A stretch of 52,268 nucleotides of DNA, filler included, from Sphacelaria rigidula (lineage: Eukaryota), in assembly GCA_964200075.2 (NCBI GenBank). It is 3 parts of 3 records of this genome, joined end to end, with 100 filler letters (N's around TTAATTAATTAA, not from the genome) between each part and the next. Parts side by side here need not be neighbours in the genome. Positions count along the whole stretch, not along the records: positions 1 to 17,360 come from CAXNAA020001099.1; 2 more parts are not named here. One strand, 5' to 3'. The notes beneath the pieces were generated by a model. The model ran no database searches, was not told the DNA's origin, and was given only the letters and a program-made list of their open reading frames with translations. The translations under genes and the position numbers were made by a program. Each line of letters opens with the position of its first letter. Positions within the stretch are counted from its first letter, which is position 1. Positions 1 to 13,200 of the stretch are shown piece by piece.

Positions 1-57
1 CAATCAGGCCGAAGAAATCGTGAATTTGGTGATTCTTAGTCGTGATGATTCGTCCTA
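1..57. repeat. Interspersed repeat at contig end
   Basis: Closely matches the reverse complement of 34747-34803 (end of contig 2). Confidence 0.85.
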
Positions 58-1239
58 ACCGTCATAGTTTCCCCCTTTTTTCTTACGGCAAATTGAGGGA
101 TTGGATTCACCTCTTATGACAAAAAAAACACGTAAAAATGCACGTGCCAAGTCTCTGGTGGATGAAAACTGTATGCTCCACGACAAGGACGTCGCGTTGA
201 CCAAGACCAAGTTTGACGGAATGATCTCATCATCATTACCATCACCAGCAACTGTGCAAACTTGCGGACTATGCCTCGTCACCATGAGATTGCAAGCTCT
301 AGATCAAAGCTAAACACTCGTGCCGCATTGCTCTTTCCTGGTCAAGACGCCGAAAGTCTCGTGCGGAGGGAAAAGCGAAACCGCCGCATACATGATGTAA
401 ACGTGATGTGCTCGGGAAACATACGGTACGCATGGAATTCTTCAGCCCCCGCACAACAGCCCCAAGGCTCACCATTGCCTAGCTGCCAACACCACACCAG
501 ATACGACGATAACATGTTCAGCATTTCAGGGGCCACGACAGTGTGCGTGTGCTGCTGAGGCGGGCAAGGCTTTTGTAGTTTGTCCGGCTGAATGTACGAA
601 CTTCGCTGCTCAAATAAAATACACGACCATTGAGCTTTTGGTGTAGTCCAAAAAGGGTGTCAGCCTATCTTCCAAGTAGTCTTCAAGAGCATGAAGTGGA
701 GTCCACCAGCAGTTCTGACAACAACACGAACCAGTGGTCTAGTGTGGTTGTAGGTGTCCTACTAGTAGTGCTTGTTGCGTGCGATGACAAATGCCGTGAT
801 GTCTGGGCAGCTAAATTGTACAATGTGTTTTGCAGATAAGCAGGGCAGGGTCGCGCTGTAAGGTATAGTTGGGGTCTGCAGAACATGCTGTACCGCGTTT
901 CTGTCGTAGTCCAACGTTTACGACGAAAGTGCTCGACACACAAATCTCCAAAATCCTCGAGGCTTTCATGATGGGTACAGAGAAAGGTGCTCCAACGTGG
1001 GTCGGGGACATCAACTCGGATTATGTTAGCGTGCGTGTAATAGTCGATTTCTTACGGGGAAGAATTGCTGGGGCATAGCCGAAGTCATGCTCCTCGGGGT
1101 ACAGAAAGAAGAAAAATTAAACACATTTTGATTTGGGGCTGCAACACAGGTGAACGTGCTAACATACTCTTCTGGAACGCATGGCATCGAATGGACTGTT
1201 TTGTTTCCTGCGGAGGAGATAGTTCCCAACAGCACCCAC

Positions 1240-4200
1240 CTCCAACCGCTGAAGAAGGGCCGAGGCCTCTCCGCCGTTGCGATTCCCAAGGCCACTGCTA
1301 CCCGTCAGCTTCTTAATCGCATTCAGGATCGGCAGTAAAGCGCCGATAAGGTGAGGCGAATGGAGCGATCGCGCGCACAAGACCTGAACGGAAAACGTGA
1401 ACGTAGAAGCATCACAAGTGACAGCAACGGAAAACGTGAACGTAGAAGCATCACAAGTGACAGCACACCATTACTTGACTTTTTGCCATGGCCTTCATCT
1501 GCTATTGCCACATGAGCAACGACCAGCTACAACAAGGTAAAAGTTTCAGCTGCGTGCAATGGCTAGCTGCAACGACTATTTGTAACGTGGCAGTCGTTCT
1601 GTACTCACCGCTACCGAGAGGCGGGATGAATCTCGTCTTAACATACCTCATACACGTTGACCTTGTCATGACCGAGTGCCTGCACCGTCCAAAAATAGTG
1701 AGTGCACGATGGGTATGAAAGTATCTATATATGTATCTATATACCGGGGAGAGATGGGTTGATCCCTTGAGACCACGGACTCGTCCCGAGGAAGTGGAGG
1801 GGTTCAAAGTGCGACGAATAAAAATGAAATGAAAATAAAACTAAAACATCGAAATCGAAAAAGCGAGTTCCAAACGAAGAAATCCCTCGGTTCACCCACC
1901 ACTTCCCCCTCAACTCAGGAAACGAAATCCACCGCCCACCTCCAAGAAATCCAAAGCGCGGAGGCGAATCTGGTGGGCCTGACGCTGTGCCTCCTGCATT
2001 CCCTTCTTTCTGCCAGACTTCTTTAGTCCTATCAGACCCGCCAAGGCTTGGTCGGCTCCCTCATGGTGCTGCAAGTCCTCTCCATCATCGTCGCTGTCTC
2101 CATCCTTATCTCTACCACTCAGTAGGGCCTCGAGGTCAGAAGGATCCACCGTTACCTGCTATACGGTGACGGCGTTTGTGTGGGCGGCAGAATTTGTGCT
2201 CAGCGGGGTATGGGTGATGGTACGAGCACTTCAACGCGCTGCTCGGCTACGGCAGCACGTGGAAATAATACGAACTTCTACACGAATCATACGTGTCGTC
2301 AAATGATCTCGAACCGACAACGCCATGCACCTGTCACTCGATTAACTCTGGAAATCTTGGGGAAGTTTGAGATCAACAGGCCTATTTGGCCAAACCCCCT
2401 CTGCTCCATCTCGACGCCTGCTCGACGCAGTGACAACCCGACACGTTCAGGTGGCACGTGCCGTTGACGTTTCACCATCGTATTACAGCATTGTAGATTG
2501 TACACCTTCGGTACTCTCCTGGGTCAGCTGTTTCTCCTCCCCGTCATATCATCAGCCCAACCCCCCCGTTTCCGGGACGAGCCCGTAGTCATTCTCTAGT
2601 GATCAACACATCTCTCCCCCGATATTCTATCTGCCTTACAACTCATTACTCAGCAGTAGATCAGCACTCTAGCAATGCGTCGACTTTTGTGGAATATTTT
2701 GCATGTTGCACCTCAAGATATTTGTTGTATCCTACACGATTCCGACGTCAGTCTTTTTGGCTAAAAGGTCATGCTTCCAGTTGGTACCAAAGACAATATG
2801 ACCGTCTTTTCGAGAGATAATAAGCATCATGTCCGAGCAAAGGGTCGTATTATTGCATCCACGGCACGGCTAAGAGAATGACCTACTATCCTATAATAGA
2901 ACACAACCGTGGGAGAAGAGGGCGTTCTGCACTGTATTTATCTCTCAACAACGCTGTAGCGCACCTCATCATCCTCATCCTCATCCATCTTGTCCTCCTC
3001 ATGGTCCTCATCACTGCTTGGATCGGCGTCGCCGGTCTTACCGCTAGCATCTTCGCCGTCTTCTTTGTCCATATCGTCTTCCTCATCCTCCTCTTCGGAA
3101 GAAGATTCAGCCTCAGAAGAGTCGGCTTCGGCTGTTGAAAATAACGAGTCAAGACCCGGACAACGTCAACCCTCCGTTCCTTACTCAACATGTTCTGGCT
3201 CAACATGTTCTGGCTGTCTGCTTCATGCTGGAATGTCCGTACGATTCGAACAAGAGAAACAGATTAAATGAAATGTACCACCTGCTACCAGATTTAATCA
3301 ACCTCCCCTGGCGTGCTAAAAATGCTCCGCACGTGCTAGAAACATGACAGTGATGTTTTCTGCCGCTGCGGTCGTGTCGTGTTTCTACTGCTGCTGAAAC
3401 AGCACAAGCGTTTCGCAGACTTCAGGATGTCCCCTACGCGTCGTTAATTGTTAAGGTAGGCTCACGTGAAACTGGTCGACAAAATCTACGGTTGAACATA
3501 CTTCGTTCTTCTCAAAACTCTAATCCTAACCCTAACCCAAGGCGTAGCGAGAGTCCTCAGCAAAGGGGAGTGTATTCGGCATCGCAGGCAACATGTACGT
3601 TGTCAGGACTTCCGGCGCCGATATGAGCATAAACGCATCCTGCGCATGCTCAAGGACACCCGGGACGGTCACCCCCCCCCGTAGATTCGAATGTGATGGT
3701 TGCTTGTACTGGAACCGAATATTGAGTCAACGATGGAATTTTTGGATCGTTTCGCGTCAAGTCTATGTTAATCACCTATCATCGGTAAAAAGCGCACAGA
3801 GCATAGCTCAAAAACGCGGAGAATTGCACTATACTGGATCCGACCAGCCGAATAGCTTCATAGCCCTGCCGATTCTGCGTGATTTTAGGTACCAATTTCC
3901 AGTAACAAACACTGCGAGGCAATGAAGAAGGACAAACGGCTCCGTACGGGAGCCTTCGTCAATCGCGGCCGTTGCCATCGGCACAGCAATTGAAGGACTG
4001 GTGTTTTGTCTCACCACCGGCAGGAGATGCATCCGTGTCTTCCCCACATACGGCAGCCAGCAGAGTGTCCAAGGCTGACCGAGTCAGGGGAAGCGTACGG
4101 CACACGATGCTCCACACGCGCCTGTAAAAAGAAGTTGAAGAGAAACACAGCAGCGCACGAAAAGCAACGATACCTGCGTGATGAGAGGGGCATGGCTCCC

Positions 4201-7200
4201 ACACATCAAATACGCGGAATTCAACTTGATACGGCGAGAATTTCATTTGCTTACAGAGCTGGAGCTAGACATGTGCATCGTACTCTAAATGGCACCCATG
4301 TTTTCCATCCCTCCGGCAAGGGACGTCCATAGCCCATCGCATTGATGCGGAGCAACTCTAACGAGGAGCTTTGAGTGATTGGAGCGGCCCTGTTGCCCCA
4401 CGGCATAAGCCCGACACCCACGAGAGGACAAACCCAACATGGTAGGCTACATACCTCGAAGAATCGCGCAATCCTCTGACCGAATGGCTCGAGGGCTCCG
4501 CAACCACACCCACCAGCACATCGGCCAGCATGGCCAGCGGGTCCGGATCTGGAGGAGGACGAGGAAAAGATCTTGGGCAACGACCCATATTCAAAAACAC
4601 GTATGCATGGGACTCCACTTGCGAAATGACATATCAACAAAAAAATCAACACAATCATGACATACTGAAGAATCAGCGTAATCGTCCGTTCACACCTTTC
4701 ACCGGCACGAGCACCGAGTCTATGTAGTCAAAACTCGCGCTCCCACGTTTTGAAAATAAATTCCAACTCGCGCAAAAACACACATCTGACCACGGTCCAG
4801 CTCTGCTGCCGACACCTCCCGAGCTAACTTGAGGTGCTGCATCAAGCTTTTGTGATAGTGCGCCCGCATAAATCCTCACCGTCACCATCATCATCATCGC
4901 TGTCGTCGTCGTCGTCGCCGCCGTCGCCGTCGCCCCCTTTCCCAGTACCCGATATGCGTGCGTACGTTTCCACAATGTCCAGGATATGCTGGCACCGCTC
5001 TTCTCCACGGCCTTCTTCCCTCGATCCGTCCAGGAGGTGGAGCGCAACCATCATCAAAATGCCGGCGAAGGCATACGCCAGCTTGTCCCTGAATAATGGG
5101 TAACGATCAACATGTCGCGAACATAAGTAGAGCCGATTCATCAGAGTGCTGTTCAGCCATGATGAGAGTGTTGTTACGTTATCTTACTATGAGCTGAGGG
5201 TTGAGGCTCGCGCACGAACCGACTACAGCGCCGTCCTAGCTGTGGATGCCACAAATACAGGACCCGCGAACAACAATAACGACATCATACGTAGACACAG
5301 CAACCACAACACCCACTCACCCCTTCTGGCCCTCCCGTACTTTCCCAACCATCGCCAGGGCGACCGCACAAGCCTCCCTTTCATCTGGACCGACAGTCAA
5401 ACATTTCGCTAGCTTCCTGCCGTCGGCCTCTAGTCGCTGCCAGGCTTCGTGCAGACCCCAAAGGGCCTCGAGGGCCTCCCACTTGGAAGATTCGCCGTCG
5501 CTTTTGCCTTTGTTGTCCTTGGATGACCAGCTTAGCCACGGCTTTGCAGCAATATCGGCCACAAGGCTGAAGAACTTAGAGCGGCAAAGTTCCCGGACTT
5601 TGGCCGGTACAGGGGTGGCTGCCGGACCCGAACAGGAACGAATGGACAAAAGTGGGGGGGGGCGTGGATTCTCAAGAGGAGACGAATGCTGGGGCACAGT
5701 GGCGTGGAGGCGTGCTGTATGAAGGCACACTAAGTACGCCTGCCACATCAAGTCCATAACATTTCTCTTTTTTGCTGAGAAAGGGTTCGTATGTCTGTAG
5801 TTGTAACTTAACCCTTTGACCTGTAGCCCCCTCCCAGATTGCCCAATATCGCCCATATAGGGGGCTACACCTTCAGGTGGGCGATAGTGCGCGGTTTGTA
5901 GGAGACTTTGTGGATCATTCCACCAATCACAACGATCAAACTGGTCACCCCATCCCTCTCGAGGGCTTTTTCCCGATCCATAATAGAAATTTCCTGGAAA
6001 GATGCATGGATGATCTGGGAAGCATTCGCTGACGATCGGGGAACGTGCACGACCCCCGACAGGACAGTAAAACTCCTGGACTGTCAGCCGGTGGAGCTAT
6101 TCCGAAATGATCCTGGATGGAGGTCAAGGAGTTGACGTGGCAAACGGTGACACAAGATTTGCAGCCGTCAACGGTTCCATTAGGCCATGCAAAGGTTATC
6201 GGTACTATGGTCGGAGCTCATTTACACTGACACCAGTAAGCAGCTTTTACCACCACAACAAGTTACTGTAGGGGTGCCGCAGCCGGTACGAGCATGAGGC
6301 CCTTTTATTTCCCGAACGCCAAGTAACACGGTGACACGCTTAACCACATCAAACACCTCCCCACACCAGGGCAAAATACAGCACTTACTAGCACGGCAGT
6401 ACGGTTAACTGTCAAGGGCTGGCCGGAAGCTGAGTTCTCCCACGGTAGGGGAGGAGTGAAATGGCGTACGAACTAGGGAGATTCGCGGTTGATGTGTTGC
6501 AAAACTCTACACTGTTGTGGGCATTCTCATGGGCGAAGACGTCTTGAAGCGGTCTGCATGTGTGGACTACACCGGTATCAAGGTCCCGGCGCCGTTCAGG
6601 TGCAAAATACGCGCGAGATTTGACTAGTCGTCGCCAACTGCGAGACTCCTCACCTCGCTTCATGTGAAACAAGCGGGTCAATTCCAGTATTTTCAAGTCT
6701 ACATGCTATACGCGCGCGTGTGTGCACATGTGTGTCCTCGCTTTGTCACATGAAGTTGCCGGCACAATGCCCTACTATGGCCTCCTCGTATCCTGTGCAC
6801 GAGACCCATCATGCCGAGCCCATGTCTTCCTGTGATCAGAAGGTTCCATTCTGGCTCCTGTATTAACACGTTGGATGTTGTTCTCGTTGACACAGAGGAC
6901 GTTATACGCATACTTGAACGTGTGCATGCACAGGATGACGCACGCGTAGATGCTTCTGGGCAACGACGTATGGCGACTAGCGTCCTTTCGCTCTTCGAAT
7001 GGTACTCCGACAGTGGACACGATCGGAAACAGCAACGGCCTTCACTTGCCAAAAAAGTATAAACAAGAAATACGCATCATCACAAAGGTGCTGCGCCATC
7101 GTTTCATGGCATTCAAGGTGCCAAACTGTTAATTATTATTATCGAAAGCGCATGGCCTTGCTTGCACGCCCCTTAATGTGCACAGGAAGCGCAGGAGCTG

Positions 7201-10200
7201 AAGGTCAGAAAAGAACATTTCAATATACGTATTCTCTATGGAATTCGGCCGATGTGTGGTGTCAGAGGAACAAATACTCCCCGCCCGCCGGGACATCGCC
7301 GCTAGATCTCCGAAATGTAGGTCGAACTTGGGGTAGGTAGGGTTTCAGTTACCCTTACACCAACGCCTCGAAGTTCGGGCTTCAGTCGCTCAATAATTCA
7401 TGCTTGCTATACGTATAGGTGTTAGAGCCGATCAACAGCGTGGATTTTACTGGGAACCACTCATCTTGATACCCGTCTAGCCCTGTCTATATTCACAAAC
7501 CTCCACAGTGCCAAACCCTGGAGCAGGAAGAACTTATGTATCATCAGGGTATACACACCTTCATCAAGAGGCGCAAAGAATCCCATTTCTAAGAAGAACT
7601 CGGCTGTCTTGGAGAGCCTCTGCCCCTGGCCATTCGCTCCATCCCCGCTGCGACCTAAAGAGTGGAGGGTTTCCACTGCCTGCAGGCGCTGTCCCGTGTG
7701 ATCTTCGCCACTTTCGGTGATCGTCGCTTTGGCTCCGTTAGGAGACGTTTCGGCCTCAGTTCCGGCGGCGGGACTTGTACCGTTTGGGATCGCTCCTGTT
7801 TTGTGAAAGGGCACAAAGGGTAGCTCGGTGTTTCTCAACTCGGCACTTCAGATTTGGCTAAACTGCATCACGTCTACCTGATGGATTTGATCAGTGGATG
7901 TCCGTTGAAAACATCGGGAATCGGAATAGTTTCGGAGACTCCATTGAAATACCGACAAAACGGAGAGAGCGACCCACCTTGGGGTTCGGCCCAGCCTGTT
8001 TTACCCTGCACCGCTCCCTTGAGGAAGTCCACGTGCTTGTCTAGCGCCTCCTAAAGGATTTTCATTCAGTGACATGACGACGGTAGAGAGCGAGAGAGTT
8101 GATACAACAGTGCTGAATTAGTATGTGCATTTGGTCGGCACCGATCAACACCTCCACCTTTTCACCTTCCACACTCGCAAGCTTCAGGCTTTGTTTCCCT
8201 CAAATGACGGGCAAGTTGTCCGATCTTCAAGGCAGCAAGGATCCTACTCTCAACGTCAAGCCACAGCAGCACCAAATACTCGTCACTGCACCTCGAGGAT
8301 CTAACGGTGTGATGCTGTACACTTTCCCGCTCAAGCGATAACGTTCCAACATCGGCAGGAGCAGAGCTAACCCTCAGGAAAGTTGTTCTACTGAAAACGC
8401 ACAGCGCGCACTCGCCTGACCCATGCTGCGGACGAGAGAAGCCACCACATGGACGCCCGCCAGACTGTCGAATCGCATGGTGCCTCTGAGCAGCAGACAC
8501 GCGGCCAATTGCCCTTGAACCTGCACGAGAACAAAAAACGCAAACATCAAGAGCAAAACAAATACTTTGAAGTACATTTCAATGACGCCTGCCGTCGACA
8601 ATTCGGGACACTTTTTACTTTCGCGTGCCTCCGAGCTGCGCTTTGGAAACCTCATGTACACCACACCATAGTGCAGCTGCTGTTCCAGCTTTCGTGTCGA
8701 GAACACCTTCTTGCCTCTTGTCCTCCCCGTTACAGTGCTGAAACTTACGAAAGCAATCGTCTCTGCGCAGAGCAACGCGAAGACCCAACACGCACACACG
8801 CGAATTCCACATAACCACAAGTCATGGGACAATCACGGCGTGAAACATGGACAGCCAGGGCGATGCCCACCTCTTCGTCGTCACGGACCAGCTCAGGCAG
8901 CTGCTGCAGCGTCATCTTGACGAGAGAAAACAGGTGGCTGTCCTCCCCGTGCGTGTGGTTGAGCATGATACGTACGATGCTCGGGGATAACACGTGCCAC
9001 ACCCCCGCGGCCGGAACCCTCTGCAACACCTGCACGCCATCAAATAACACAGATGAATCGGATTAGGCAGCGACAAGTTGCACTCGTGGTGACACGTAAC
9101 GTCGTCACTTTCCATGCACGTGAGGTGTGTTGTGTTAACCGGCTCAAACTCACACTGCGTTTGCATTTCGAGCACCTGCGTCCAAGGCAGCAGTAGTCGA
9201 TAACACCCAACACAACATTCGGAAGGAGTCCCACCCGAGAGCGTTCAGCGTGATACTTGAACGAAAACAAGAGTTTGCTTCAGAGGGTAAATGTATATTG
9301 ACCGCAACGTCGGTGTTGTGGGGTCCGAAGCTCAGGGCATGGGACGTACATGTGCAAACAGCAACCCCGAGTGTTCCGCAAGCAACACGCGACAACGTTC
9401 CAGGTCTTTCGCGCTCATACCGATTCCACAGATTATTTAAATTTGGCAACGTCGACACAATTGCTTTAGCAACAGCACCACATCAATTTCATCGTCACGG
9501 GGTGGGCAAAAGAACGATACTAGTTGTGCACAAGCATGTTTCTTGTAATGTGTAGAAAAATCTACCGTAGTGTACGAATACAAGTGCCCCGGCACCACCA
9601 ATGCGTCTAGTGGATAACAATGGTTGTGTCACATCTAATATACGCACCTGCTTGAGCAGCAGGATAGCAAACCCCCTGTTATTGAGGGATGTTGATGTAA
9701 GGGTACCGTCAACCACCGTGGACCAAACGTCCGCCAGTCTTTTGAGGCGCTTAGAGCTAAGAATCGCTCGAGGTTGTCCGACCGGCGCCAATCCAATGTC
9801 ATCCCAGAGGTGCCCCCACACGGAGTGAACCTTGGGAAACACCGATGCAGACTGTTTTAACGCTGCCATCATATCCTGTTCAAAGCAGAAACAGCAATAC
9901 CATAATCCAGGTGCTCGCGAGGGTCAGACGAGAAGCGAAACGAGACTTTGTGGAGAGCACGTTCCTGGTCTTCCTGGGGTTCCACAACTTCGGTCCCCTA
10001 AGCTTCCACGAAGGGTTTTCCCCCCTTGATCGAGCAGCTTGCTAGCTGACTCAGTTCCAACGATATATCACTCTCAACCCTGAGTAACCTGTGTGTGCCA
10101 CGCACTACATCCACGGACCTCGACTCTACAAGAGGAACACGGGCAAAGCCCTCAGGGGAGCCAGCCTTCCGCGGGAGCGTAGTGTTCTCACATGGCGTTA

Positions 10201-13200
10201 GCAATAAGCAATTTGTTCCACCTGTCTTGGATGAATGTAAATTCCGACGACAGTCAGCTTGTAACACCTGATCAAGGATGACTGCTAGATCTGCCTGGAT
10301 GTGACCACCCATTATATCATGGGTTTGGCGACAGTGGTCGATCAACACCAACAGCTTGAAGACTCAAACCTTTCAAAGTATTAGTGTAGTAGCGGCAACA
10401 CCACAACAGCGACATCCTTGATCAACCTCCTACAAAACAAGCCACAAACCGGTGGCTGTCGACACCATCTACCGACCATCTCCGCGGTCCGAAGAGCTAG
10501 ATCTCTTGCTATCGAACATCTTGCTTTGTGAATGCAAGCATCACACCTGTGCCTTTGGCGCGCGATGACTCCTGAGGCAGGGAGGGAGGGTTTCTTTGAG
10601 GGTCTCATCCTTTTGCGGCTCGAGACCTCTGGCTCTCATCACGGAACGCAGGCCGAGGGCAAGCATCAGCTGGTTCGAGGTGAGATCGGGCATCTGCTCA
10701 ACACAAGAGAAGTAACGTGGAATAGCATGAGGAAACGTTCAGGGTTGGCCTTTTACACAAAACATCGGACAAGTAATTGCTCATCAGAAGATAAACACCG
10801 TAAAAATCGAATAGTAGGTATACTACGTAAAACACGCGGTGGTGTTCGCAGCAGGGTGGTGTGGGTAATGTGCACAGAAAGAGAGACTACCGAATACGCG
10901 TTATTATAGTGTGCTGAAGAATACGTCGTGGGGTACTGTAGCCTCAAAACAACGCACAACACAGCACTGCTGTCGTGATATACTGTCCCTACGCCTGGGC
11001 ACCGTTCCTCGTGCCGCGAACGTCATCCATTACTTTGCGCAGCTCACCTCAAGAGCAACACCATCCTTTCGTTTGAACAGGGGCGCTAACAACGGTAGGG
11101 CCACTCCAGCGAACTCTCCTTCCCCCTCAAAAGCCTTCGACGTCACTAGGAGACAAGCCTCGCCCGCCGCCTGTCCCAGCCACTTTCTCCTCGGGTATAG
11201 CTCACTCACAGCCTGAACACCAACGACGTGCATGCAACAGCGATCCATACGCAGCGGTTGGCTACAGTGGCCAGAGAAGACAAAGCTCGAGTGCAGTGAG
11301 GGTGCATTTGGTGGGATTTACGAACACATGGCGTAAACCAATTGCATGGCGCCTGGCGCAGGGACACGCCAATATACTAAATGTGTCCTCAACAGAATAT
11401 TCACGAAGTGAGAATAAGCTGACCGGAAAGCGGTCAAGTGTGGCCCGTGATTCGCCCGGCAATGAGTCGCTGACGTTTTTGCACACCACAGAAGAGGAGA
11501 TTATAGCTTGTCCCGAATGACCAGCGAATGCAACGCTAGCAAGCTGTAATGTCACTTTGTCTGATCTGCTGTGGTCTCAGATTCCTTGAGGGGGACGCGA
11601 ATCTCAGGTGACTCTTCCTGTACCAGCTTGCAATCATGTCGAAGAGAAAAAAAAAGAAGCAAGAGCAGTCAGTTCGAGCGTGCAGCAACTCATGAAATTT
11701 TATCGTGGTCTTGAGAACGTCAGAAATGTCAATCTATTCGAAAATACCAAGAATATGTTAGTACCTTTCGGAAGCGCACCGCATTCAACAGATCCACGCA
11801 TCACCTTGAGTGCTCCCGCTGCGCTGTCCTTGTCCTTTCCCAGTCTACCCGACAAGGCAAGGGCAGACACGCCGATAAGTCGTCCTAGCATGAGCTCTCG
11901 CTCCTCAGCGCTCTTCATGGAAGAAGTGGTGGTGGTGACCGACAGGATCTGCTCTAGAATGGCCGCCGTTGTAGGCTGTTGTCGCCGGTAAGGATAGGAG
12001 ACGATAAGTTTGCCAAAAAGGGGGAGGTAATGAAAGAAGGGGAGGGGGGAAAGGTATTTGTGTGCTGAAACTAAACTCTCGGAATGACCGCCACGTGTGC
12101 GTCGAAATGTGCGTGGAAACATGAATGTGATGGCGCGCCCGGCTCCGTCGAACGCCTCGACATTCGATCAGAAATCAAAACAAAGTCGGAGCGGGGCAAT
12201 GTGCATTGCATGCCCTAGCCCCTAAACCATAGAACACGCATCCTTGGCAAATTGCTTCGAGCTGCTGCGGGCGTGCGCAAGCTGCTACTCTGTGGAGTTG
12301 GAATATGTAACAAATTCGTACGGATCTAGTGGACGGCAACATATATTAATACCTCGCAGAAGCACACCCTCACCTCGTTGTTGGGAAGTACGTGCAGCAC
12401 CTCCGCCAGGCACGACGCGAACCCTTGCCTTGCAGAGTCACGGCTGGAGCACACTCCCCTTACCAGACGCTTGACCGCATACGCCGCGTCTATGGCGGTT
12501 TCAGGGTTTGACACGTGTCGCACAATCATGGCAGCTGCTTCGGTCCTGGCAAGCAAAGAAGGGTGAGGGAGCACGATACTTGACGAGTTGAAAGCAAGCG
12601 CGGGGACAACCCATGAGCGCTTCCGATTTTACTGCACGTCCGCGAAATTTCTTTTTCCAAACCGTACGTATTCATTCTCATGAAAAGCGCGTCGTGGTGG
12701 TTGCGAGTAGTAAAATGACGGCGGGATAACAGAGGAGCATATACAGAACACGTGATTATATTCAAGCAGTGTATGATGGTATCGTGGAACGGTGCTCTTC
12801 GTACTTAAAACGATGTTCGGTTTTTCTCCTCACAACAAGCGCCTCGAGTACTCGAAATCGTCCATTGAGAGCGCCACGCCGGCAAGTGTTGGGGTCGCGA
12901 CGAGCAATTGTCGATTGCACACAATTTACCGGTCGCCCCGGTGGCTCAGTTGGTAACCTCGAAACCTTCTGACGGTTGGGTCGCGGGTTCAATTCTCGGA
13001 GCGATCTGGGATTCTTTCTCAGACCATGCCCAACCGTGGAGAGCGACTATGTCGTGAGTACACAAAATTCGACTTAAAGGTCGACGAGGGAAAGGGAGTG
13101 CTGAACCCCTCTCGCGATAAAAAAAGGCAAGTACCGCAGAAGGAAGGTAGGATACTGAAAACAAATAACAAAAAAGCTCCTGTGTTGACGTTCCTCCTGT

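Noticed and set aside
600..720. Terminal MYBBP1A exon (NCWWTPLHALEDYLEDRLTPF..)
   Set aside because: Has a phase-0 AG but no recognisable family similarity and would end the protein early. The remaining exons more likely lie beyond the contig.
3518..3540. Telomeric CCCTAA repeats
   Set aside because: Only about 3 degenerate units inside an intron; not a chromosome end.
5317..5320. In-frame TGA as selenocysteine/readthrough in MYBBP1A
   Set aside because: The TGA is part of the GTGAGT donor; splicing at 5321 restores the frame.
12935..13005. tRNA gene
   Set aside because: A/B boxes are present, but there is no convincing acceptor/anticodon cloverleaf and it runs straight into a multi-copy body, so it is a SINE head.
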